Assembly: GCA_030390025.1 (NCBI GenBank)
Contig: JASTWF010000034.1
Location: forward strand, 6,014,001 to 6,078,000
From: Squalus acanthias
Taxonomy: Eukaryota
Length of the DNA: 64,000 bases
Direction of reading: 5' to 3'
A model generated the notes under the pieces. The model ran no database searches, had not been told where the DNA came from, and was given only the letters and a program-made list of their open reading frames with translations. Shown piece by piece: positions 39,081 through 49,334 of this stretch; the first letter of the stretch is position 1, and each line of letters begins with the position of its first letter. The translations under genes were made by a program, and so were the position numbers.

Positions 39081-39169
39081 TAAAGAGCTATTAGAAATAC
39101 ATAATAAATAATATCAATCAGTAATGGAAAAGTATGACTATAAATATAACATTTATGTCTCCCCCCTCC

Positions 39170-41082
39170 CCCCAGTACTGAACCCTGGGTAACTCCACTG
39201 TATACCTCCCTCCAGCCCCCAGTACTGAACCCTGGGGAACTCCACTGTATACCTCCCTCCAGCCCCCAGTACTGAACCCTGGGGAACTCCACTGTATACC
39301 TCCCTCCAGACCACAGTACTGAACCCTGGGGAACTCCACTGTATACCTCCCTCCAGACCACAGTACTGAACCCTGGGGAACTCCACTGTATACCTCCCCC
39401 CTCTCCCCAGTACTGAACCCTGGGGAACTGCACTGTATACCTCCCTCCAGACCACAGTACTGAACCCTGGGGAACTCCACTGTATACCTCCCTCCAGCCC
39501 CCAGTACTGAACCCTGGGGAACTCCACTGTATACCTCCCTCCAGACCCCAGTACTGAAACCTGGGGAACTCCACTGTATACCTCCCTCCAGCCCCCAGTA
39601 CTGAACCCTGGGGAACTCCACTGTATACCTCCCTCCAGACCCCAGTACTGAAACCTGGGGAACTCCACTGTATACGTCCCTCCAGACCCTGCTACTGAAC
39701 CCTGTGGAATTCCACTGTATACCTCCCTCCAGCCCCCAGTACTGAACCCTGGGGAACTCCACTGTATACCTCCCTCCAGACCCCAGTACTGAACCCTGGG
39801 GAACTCCACTGTATACCTCCCTCCAGCCTCCAGTACTGAACCCTGGGGAACTCCACTGTATACCTCCCTCCAGCCCCCAGTACTGAACCCTGGGGAACTC
39901 CACTGTATACCTCCCTCCAGCCCCCAGTACTGAACCCTGGGGAACTCCACTGTATACCTCCCTCCTGTCCCCAGGGGAACTCCACTGTATACCTCCCTCC
40001 AGTCCCCAGTACTGAACCCTGGGGAACTCCACTGTATACCTCCCTCCAGCCCCCAGTACTGAACCCTGGGGAACTTTACTGAATATCTCCCTCCAGACCC
40101 CAGTACTGAACCCTGGGGAACTCCACTGTATACGTCCCTCCAGACCCCAGTACTGAAACCTGGGGAACTCCACTGTATACCTCCCTCCAGACTCCAGTAC
40201 TGAACCCTGGGGAACTCCACTGCATACCTCCCTCCAGCCCCAGTACTGAACCCTGGGGAGCTCCACTGTATACCTCCCTCCAGACCCCAGTACTGAACCC
40301 AGGGAAACTCCACTGTATACCTCCCTCCAGACCCCCAGTACTGAACCCTGGGGAACTACACTGTATACCTCCCTCCAGACCCCAGTACTGAACCTGGGGA
40401 ACTCCACTGTATACCTCCCTCCAGACCCCAGTACTGAACCCTGGGGAACTCCACTGTATACCTCCCTCCAGCCCCAGTACTGAACCCTGGGAACTCCACT
40501 GTATACCTCCCTCCAGACCCCAGTACTGAACCCTGGGGAACTCCACTGTTTACCTCCCTCCAGACCCCAGTACTGAACCCTGGGGAACTCCACTGTATAC
40601 CTCCCTCCAGACCCCAGTACTGAACCCTGGTGAACTCCACTGTATACCTCCCTCCAGACCCCAGTACTGAACCCTGGTGAACTCCACTGTATACCTCCCT
40701 CCAGTCCCCAGTACTGAACCCTGGGGAACTCCACTGTATACCTCCCTCCAGCCCCCAGTACTGAACCCTGGGGAACTCCACTGTATACCTCCCTCCAGCC
40801 CCCAGTACTGAACCCTGGGGAACTCCACTGTTTCCCTCCCTCCAGCCCCCAGTACTGAACCCTGGGGAACTCCACTGTATACCTCCCTCCAGCCCCCAGT
40901 ACTGAACCCTGGGGAACTCCACTGTATACCTCCCTCCAGACCCCAGTACTGAACCCTGGGGAACTCCACTGTATACCTCCCTCCAGCCCCCAGTACTGAA
41001 CCCTGGGGAACTCCACTGTATACCTCCCTCCAGACCCCAGTACTGAACCCTGGGGAACTCCACTATTTACCTCCCTCCAGCC
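39170..41082 (-). repeat. 47-bp minisatellite (~40 copies) derived from the CR1 RT motif WxxVxSGVPQGSVLG
   Basis: Period 47 (ccctggggaa at 39841 and 39888); continuous with the CR1 RT fragment at 41083-41340. Confidence 0.95.
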
Positions 41083-41340
41083 CGAAGACAGCCATTCAAC
41101 ACAATTCTGTGTTTTCTGTCCCTGATCCAATTTGTATCCATGCTGCCTCTGCCCCTTTTATCCCATGGGCTTTAATTTGCTAACAAGCCTAATATGTGTA
41201 ACTTTATCAAACGCCTTTTGAATGTCCGGATACAGAACATCAACTGCACAGCCCTCATCAACCCTGTTACCTCATCAAAACTCTCAATCAGTTTAGTCAA
41301 ACACGATTTGCCTTCAACAAATCTGGGCTGGCTCTCCCTG
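41083..41340 (-). mobile_element. CR1 RT fragment leading into the 47-bp array
   Basis: Minus strand resembles CR1 RT sequence (aaggcgtttgataaagt, agaattgtgttgaatggct) up to the W-REV motif. Confidence 0.8.
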
Positions 41341-41479
41341 ATAACAAATACACAGTGGAATAAAGATCCAGTGAATTGGTAAATTGGGCTTGATCAGCAA
41401 GACACAGGGCAATAAATTTATCATTAATTGTTAACTTGAACATGACAACCAGCACAGAGGGGAATAGAGCGAGAGATTT

Positions 41480-42500
41480 CTCATCTACTCGTTGCCCCTT
41501 GGTGACATCATCCCAAAACACAGCGTCAGTTTCCACATGTACGCTGACGACACCCAGCTCTACCTCACTACCTCTTCTCTCGACCCCTTCACAGTGTCTC
41601 AATTGTCAGACTGCTTGTCCGAGATACAGTTCTGAATGAGCCAAAAGTTTCTCCAATTATATATTGGGAAGACCGAAGCCATTGTTTTCGGTCCCTGCCA
41701 CCAACACCGTTCCCTAGCCACTGACTCCATCCCTCTCCCTAACATCTGTCTGAGGCTGAACCACACTGTTCGCAACATTGGTGTCATATTTGACCCTGAA
41801 GTGAGCCTCCGACCACATATCCGCAGCATAACAAAGGCCGCCTACTTCCACCTCCGTAACATCGCCCGTCTCCGCCCTTGCCTCAGCTCATCCGCTGCTG
41901 AAACCCTCATCCATGCCTTTGTTACTTCTAGCCTTGACTATTCCAATGCACTCCTGGCTGGCCTCCCACATTCCACCCTATGTAAACTTGAGGTCATCCA
42001 AAACTCGGCTGCCCGTGTCATAACTCGCAACAAGTCCCGTTCACCCATCTCCCCTGTGCTCGCTGACATACACTGACACCCGGTTAAGCAGCACCTCGAT
42101 TTCAAAGTTCTCATCCTTGTTTTCAAATCCCTCCATGGCCTCGCCCCTTCCTATCTCTAATCTCCTTCAGCCCCACAACCCCCCGAGATATCGCCGCTCC
42201 TCTAATTCTGCCCTCTTGAGCATCCCTGATTATAATCGCTCAACATTTGGTGGCCGTGCCTTCTGTTGCCTCGGCCCAAAGCTCTGGAATTCCCAACCTC
42301 AACCTCTCCGCCTCGCTACTTCTATTTCTCCTTGAAGACGCTCCTTAAAACCTACCTCTTTGAAAAAGGTTTTGGTCACCGGCCCTAATTTATCCTTCTG
42401 TGGAACGGAGCCTATTTTGTGTCTTAAACTCCTGAGCAGCGACTTGGGACGTTTTACTACGTTAAAGGCGCTATATAAATACACGTCGTTGTTGTTGTTG
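41480..42500 (+). mobile_element. L2 LINE 3' part with (ttg)n tail
   Basis: YADDTQLY-like sequence; KTEAIVFG...NIGVIFDPE...FHLRNIARLRPCLS...LIHAFVTSSLDYSNALL; ends ggcgctatataaatacacgtcgttgttgttg. Confidence 0.93.
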
Positions 42501-42739
42501 ATGTGGTTTTAAAATGGAAGTGGTAACCAATACACCGAGGAATAAAGGCACTGTTGATTGATAAATTGGTCATGAAAACTAATAAACAGGTGGCAGCGCA
42601 GGACCTACACCTGATCCTATTAATTATTTTATTCAGAACGTTGCAATTATTTGTAAAAATTGATAAATTAAGCAACAGAGGGGAAACAAGAGCTACAGTT
42701 ATTTATATTTGATTTGTTAAATAATACACAAGTCAATAA

Positions 42740-43535
42740 AGTTAGTTAATTGTTAAATTGGGTTTGATAATCAGTACACAGGGTGAAACTGTCACAGTTA
42801 ATTGTTAAATTGTGTCTGATAACCAATGCACAGAGTAAAACTGTCACAGTTAATTGTTAAATTGGGAATGATAACCAATACACAGGGTAAAACTGTCACA
42901 GTTAATTGTTAAATTGGGTATGATAATCAATACACAGGGTGAAACTGTTACAGTTAATTGTTAAATTGGGTATGATAACCAATACACAAGTTAAAACTGT
43001 CACAGTTAATTGTTAAATTGGATATGATAACCAATACACAGGGTAAAACTGTCACAGTTAATTGTTAAATTGTGTATGATAACCAATACAGAGGATAAAA
43101 CTGTAACAGTTAATTGTTAAATTGGGTATGATAACCAATACACAGGGTGAAACTATCACAGTTAATTATTAAATTAGGTATGATAGCCAATACACAGTGT
43201 AAAACTGTCAGTTAATTGTTAAATTGGGTATGATAACCAATACACAGTGTAAAACTGTCACATTTAATTGTTAAATTGGGTATGATAACCAATACACAGG
43301 TTAAAACTGTCACAGTTAATTGTTAAATTGGGTATGATAACCAATACACAGGGTGAAACTATCACAGTTAATTGTTAAATTTGGTATGATAACCAGTACA
43401 CAGGGTAAAACTGTGAGTTAATTGTTAAGTTGGGTATGATAAGCAATACACAGGGTAAAACTGTCAGTTAATTGTTAAATTGGGTATGATAGCCAATTAA
43501 CAAGGGAGTAAAGTTCATTGTTAATTCTTAAATTG
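42740..43535. repeat. 52-bp AT-rich minisatellite (gttaattgttaaattgggtatgataaccaatacacagggtaaaactgtcaca), ~15 copies
   Basis: Period 52 (42901, 42953); degenerate units also at 41340-41465 and 42520-42740. Confidence 0.95.
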
Positions 43536-43544
43536 GAAATAAGC

Positions 43545-43810
43545 AAAACACAACAAAAACTTATATTTATATAGCGCCTTTAACGTAGTAAAACGTCCCA
43601 AGGCGCTTCACAGGAGTTTATCAAACAACATTTGACCTCGAGCCACATAAGGAGATATTTGGGCAGATAACCAAAAGCTTGGTCAAAGAGGTAATTTTTA
43701 AGGAGCGTCTTGATGGAGGAGAGAGAGGCAGAGAGGTTTACGGACAGAATTCCAGAGCTTAGGGCCCAGGCAGCTGAAGGCATGGCCACCAATGGGGGAG
43801 TGATTAAAAT
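43545..43810 (-). mobile_element. L2 3' end
   Basis: Reverse complement of the tail type seen at 42240-42500. Confidence 0.85.
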
Positions 43811-44061
43811 CAGGGATACATTGAGAGAGACATTGACTGAAACATGGAGCGAGACATTGGGAGGGTCATTGAGCGGGCCATAGAGAGAGTCAGACAGACA
43901 CAAAGAGAGAAATAGAAACAATGAGAGTGGGCAGATTGAGAGATAGAAATAGAGAGACAGAAAGTCTGGGGGAGAGCCACAGACAGCCAGAGAGAGACAG
44001 ACAGGCTGAGAGAGGCAGAGGGAAGAGAAAGACAGGGATAGATATTGAGAGTTAGAAAATA

Positions 44062-45525
44062 GGAACATATGAAATAGGAGCAGGAGTAGGCCATTTGGCC
44101 CATCGATCCTGCTCCGCCGTTCAATAAGGTCATGGCTGATCTTCTACCTCAACTCCACTTTCCTGAACTATCCCCATATCCCTTGATTCCCTTAATATTC
44201 AAAAATCTTCAATCTCTGTCTTGAATATACTCAACGACTGAGCATCCACAGCCCTCTGGGGTAGAGAATTGCAAAGATTCCCCACCCTCCGAGTGAAGAA
44301 TTTTCTCCTCATCTCGGACCTAACTGGCCGACGTCTTTTGCTGAGACTGTGACCCCTTGTTCTAGACTCCCGAGCCAGGGGAAACATCCTCACTGCATCT
44401 ACCCTGTTAAGCCCTCTAAGAATTTTATATATTTCCATGAGGTCACCTCTCATTCTTCTAAATTCTAGAGAACATAGGCCTAGTCTACTCAATCTGTTCT
44501 CATAGGACAATCCCCCCATCCCAGGAACCAGTCTGGTGAACCTTCGTTGCACTCCCTCTTTGGCAATTATATCCTTCCTTTGGTAAGGAGACCAACACTG
44601 TACACAGTACTCCTGGTGTGGTCTCACCAGGGCCTTATATAATTGCAGTAAGACGTCTTTACTCTTATGCTCAAATCCTCTTGTAATAAAGGCCAATATA
44701 CCATTTGCTTTCCTAATTATTTGCTGTACCTGCATGTTACCTTTCAGTGATTCATGTACAAGGACACCCAGGTCCCTCTGAACACCAACATTTCCCAATC
44801 TCTCAACATTTAAAAAATACCTTGCTTTACTATTTTTCCTAACTGCACATTTCTCCACATTATATTCCATTTGCCATGTTCTTGCCCACTCACTTAGCCT
44901 GTCTATATCCCTTGAAGCCTCCTTGCATCCTCCTCACAACTTACATTCCCACCCAGCTTTGTATCATCAGCAAACTTGGATATATTGCATTTGGTCCCCT
45001 CATCCAAATCATTGATATATATCGTAAATAGCTGTGGCCCAAACACTGATTCTTGCGGTACCCCACTAGTTACAGCCTGCCAAACCGAAAATGACTCGTT
45101 TATTGCTATTCTCTGTTTTCTGTCCGTTAACCAATCCTCAACCCATGCTAGAATATTAGCCCCAATCCCATTTTGTTTAATAACCTCTTGTGCGGCCCCT
45201 TATCGAATGTCTTCTGAAAATCCAAATCCACCACATCTACTGTCTCCCCCTTATCTGTTCTGCTAGTTACAACCTCAAAAAACTCTAACAAATTTGTCAA
45301 ACACGATTTCCCTTTCATAAATCCGTGTTGACTCTGCCCAATCCTATTATAATTTTCTAAGTGCCCTGTTACTACGTCCTTAATATATTTTAGCATTTCC
45401 CTACTACTGATGTCAGGAAAACTGGTCTGTAGTTCCCCGTTTTCTCTCTCCCTCCTTTCTTAGATATTGGGGTTACATTTGCTGCATTCCAATCCGCGGC
45501 AAACGTTCTAAAATCTATGCAATTT
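44062..45525 (-). mobile_element. CR1 LINE RT to 3' end
   Basis: ORFs 44199-44870 and 45148-45396 (QHGFMKGKSCLTNLLEFFE). Confidence 0.93.
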
Positions 45526-45559
45526 ATGGAATTTCATCTGCCATCTATTTTGTTTTTCT

Positions 45560-47230
45560 TTTTTATTCATTCATGGGCTGTGGTCATCGCTGGCACGCCT
45601 TGCATTTATTGCCCATCCCTAGTTGCACTTGAGAAGGTGGTGGTGAACCGCTGCAGTCGGTGATGGAAAGGCGCTCCCACAGTGCTGTTATGGAGGGAGT
45701 TGCAGGATTTTGACCCAGCGACAATGAAGGAATGGTGATATACTTCCAAGTCAGGATGGTGTGTGACTTGGTGGGGAAGTTACAGGTGATGGTGTTCCCA
45801 TGCTCCTGCTGCCCTTGTCCTTCTAGGTGGTAGAGGCTGCATGTTTGGGAGGTACTGCCGAAGAAACCTTGGCAAGTTGCTGCAGTGCATCTTGTAGATG
45901 GTACACACTGCAGCCACGGTGCGCCGCTGGTGGAGGGAGTGAATGTTTAAGAACATAACATAAGAAATAGGAGCAGGAGCAGGCCTCCTCTGTTCCAAGG
46001 AAAACAAACCCAGCTTATCCCAGTTAATATTGGGGTAGTTCAAATCTCCTACTATTACTGCCCTATAGTTTTTGCACATCTCAGAAATGTGTCGACATAT
46101 TTGCTCTTCTATCTCCCTCTCACTGTTTGGGGGTCGAGAGTACACTCCCAGCAGTGTGGTCGCCCCTTTTTTGTTTTTCCATTCGACCCATATGGTCTCG
46201 TTTGATGATCCCTCCAACATATCATCTCTCCTCACAGCTGTAATAGTTTCTTTAATCAATACCGCGACCCCCTCCCTTTTTACCACCCTCTCTACCCCTT
46301 TATGGTGATGGATGGGGTACCAATCAAGTGGGCTGCTTTGTCCTGGATGATGTCGAGCTTCTTGAGTGTTGTTGGAGCTGCACTCATCCAGACAAGTGGA
46401 GAGTATTCCATCACACTCCTGACTTGTGCCTTGTAGATGGTGGAAAGGATTTGGGGAGTCAGGAGGTGAGACACTCGCCGCAGAATACCCAGCCTTGACC
46501 TGCTCTTTTAGCCACAGTATTTATGTGGCTGGTCCAGTTAAGGTTCTGGTCAATGGAACCCCCAGGATACTGATGGTGACGGATTTGGCGATGGTAATCC
46601 CATTGAATGTCAAGGGGATGTGGCTCTTGTTGGAGATTGTCATTGCCTGGCACTTGTTTGGTGTGATTATTACTTGCCACTTATCAACCCAAGGCTGAAT
46701 GTCATCCAGGTCTTGCTGCATGCGGGCATGGACTGCTTCATTATCTGAGGAGTTGTGAATAGAACTGAATACTGAGCAATCATCAGCGAACATCCCCACT
46801 TCTGACCATAGGATGGAGGGAAGGTCATTGATGAAATAGCTGAAGATGGTTGGGCCGAGGACACTGCCCTGATGTACTGCTGCAGCGATGTCCTGGGGCT
46901 GTGATGATTGACCTCCAAAAACCACAACCATCTTCCGTTGTGCTGGGTATGACTCGAGCCAGTGGAGAGTTTCCCCCTGCTTCCCATTGACACAATTTTA
47001 CTGGGGCTCCTTGATGCCACACTCAGTCCAATGCTGCCTTGATGTCAAGGGCAGTCACTCTCACCTCACCTCTGGAATTCAGCTCCTTTGTCCATGTTTG
47101 GACCAAGGCTGTAATGAGGTCTGGAGCCGAGTGGTCCTGGCGGAACTTAAACTGGGCATCGGTGAGAAGGTTATTAGTGAGTAAGTGCCACATAATAGCA
47201 CTGTCGACGGCACCTTTCGTCAATTTGCTC
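45560..47230 (-). mobile_element. Second LINE family (RT to 3' end) with a CR1 tail/endonuclease piece at ~45950-46290
   Basis: ALDIKAA, QGSVLGPTIFSYFINDLP, MFADDC, STIYKAQVRSVMEY; the insert encodes GVYSRPPNS...IVGDLNYPNINW. Confidence 0.85.
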
Positions 47231-47329
47231 ATTTCACCAGTCTGTCTATGTCCTCCTGAAGCCTACCTTATCCCGCTCTGTGTGTGTATATATATGTATA
47301 TATGTAAAAGTCTATATCATTAATATATA

Positions 47330-47920
47330 TCAAAAAGAGCAGTGGTCCGAATAGCGACATCTGGGGATACCACTGTACACTTCCCTCCAGTCTGAACAAC
47401 AACCGTTCACCACTACTCTCGGTTTTCTGTCCCTTAGCCAATGTCAGATCCCCACTGCCACTGTCCCTTTGGTCCTAACAAGTCTATTCAATTGTACTTC
47501 ATCAAATGCATTTTGAATGTCCATGTACACAACATCAAACGCACTACGCTCATCAACCATTTCCGTTACTTCATCAAATAACTTAATCAAGTTTGTCAGA
47601 CACACTTTGCCGTTAACATATCCGTGCTGGTTGTCATTTATCAATCCATGTTTTTCCAAAGACAGATACTTTTCTCTGTGAATATGGCCTCTAGACGTTT
47701 TCCCACCACTGACGTTAGGCTGACTGGCCTGCAGTTACAGGGTTTATCCCCCTCTCCTTTTTTAAACAGGGTGTAACATTTGCAACCCTCCAGTCCTCTG
47801 GCTCCACTCCCATATCCGAGGATGATTGAAATATTCTGGCCAGAGCCTGCGCTATTTCCACCATTCCTTCCCTCAGCAACCCTCATACTTCCCATCCGGA
47901 GCGGGTAAATGTTCTACTTT
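47330..47920 (-). mobile_element. CR1 RT fragment
   Basis: NCRPVSLTSVVGK; QHGYVNGKVCLTNLI. Confidence 0.85.
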
Positions 47921-48224
47921 ACTGTGGTATAAAAAGTGTTGGATTGAAAGGGGTTAACTGAAGCTGTTTGTTCAGTGACTGTAATTAATGTCAGTCTCCA
48001 CGGGTAACTGAAGTTGTTTGTTCAGTGACTGTAATTAATGTCAGTCTCCATGGACTCTGATTGTATCAGTGCAGGGTTTCCCTCTTCTATTAATAAGGGA
48101 CTCCTTTCAATGTGTTATCCATAGTGTCAGTGAGAGCATCACCTCCGGCACTGACAGGGATCAGCGCGCTGCTCCACAGAGAGGGAGTCGGAATCTGAGA
48201 ACAGTAGATTGGAATGTTACAACA

Positions 48225-48405
48225 ATGGGTCGGAATCTGAGAACAGTAGATTGGAATGCTGCAACAATGGGCAGGAGTTTCAGCTGGGATATTCAATTTC
48301 TTTCAGCACTTTATGATAGACTATCATTAGACCATCGGATAGATTTGGCACTTGAGATTATTCAATACATTTACTATCCGCTCCTTGCTGCTGTTGGTGT
48401 TCCTG
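48225..48405 (+). CDS. First coding exon of a GPR139/GPR142-like class A GPCR (N-terminus and start of TM1); exon 2 not in window, functional status unknown
   Basis: MGRNLRTVDWNAATMGRSFSWDIQFLSALYDRLSLDHRIDLALEIIQYIYYPLLAAVGVP G|gtaagt; IYYPxLxxxGVP with a phase-1 intron before the TM1 Asn is the pattern I recall for this family. Confidence 0.75.
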
Positions 48406-48659
48406 GTAAGTCTCTCTATCCAGCTATTCTGTTAACCATGTTTTACTGTATTACTGTTCTTGTCATTTACTCTCCCCTCCTTGTTGCGATTGTTGTTCTG
48501 GTAAGTCTCTCTATCCAGCTATTAACCCTGCAAACCTTTGCTAACTGTATTACTATTCTTCATTCTTTGCTGCTGTTGGTGTCCCTGGTAAGTCTCTCTA
48601 TATCCAGCAATTAGATCTGTAAACCACATTTCACTGTATTACTGTTTGTCATTTAAATC

Positions 48660-49140
48660 TTGGGAAGAGCGAAGCCATTGTCTTCGGTCCTCGTCACGAA
48701 CTCCATTCTCTATCTACCGATTCAGGCCCCCTCCCTGGTCAATGTCTGAGGCTGAACCAGGCTGTTTGCAACCTCTGCGATCTCTTTGTCCCTGAGCTGA
48801 GTTCCGAACTCATATCCTCTGAATCATCAGTCCTGCCGACGACCGCCCCCAAAATTTCACCCATCTCCGCTCCACCTCAGCCCTTCCGCTGCATAAACCC
48901 TCATCCGTGCCTTTGTTATATCCAGACTCGACTATTCCAATTCTCTCCTGGCCGGCCTCGCAGTAACAAGCCTCCATAAACTAGAGCTCATCCAAAACTC
49001 TGCTGCCCCTATCCTAACACACATCATGTCCCGTTCACCCATCACCCCTGTGATGACTGACCAACATTGGCTGCCGATCCGGCAACAACTCGATTTAAAT
49101 ATTCTTCTCCTCATGTTCAAATCCCACCATGGCCTCACCC
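48660..49140 (+). mobile_element. L2 LINE fragment
   Basis: ccagactcgactattccaat (SRLDYSN); SRSPITPVMTDQHWLPIRQQLDLNILLLMFK. Confidence 0.85.
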
Positions 49141-49334
49141 CTCAAATTAGTCCCATTCCCTTGCTCTTTTCCCATAGTCCTGCAAATTGTTCCCCTTCAG
49201 GTAATTATACAATTCCCCTTTTAAAGTTAATTTATTTCCCTCTGTACCTCTCCCTGTCTTTCAGTCTGTATTTTTATTTCTCTCTTTCTCCCTTTCTCTC
49301 TCTCCCCCTCTTCTCTCTCTCTCTGTCTCTTGCT

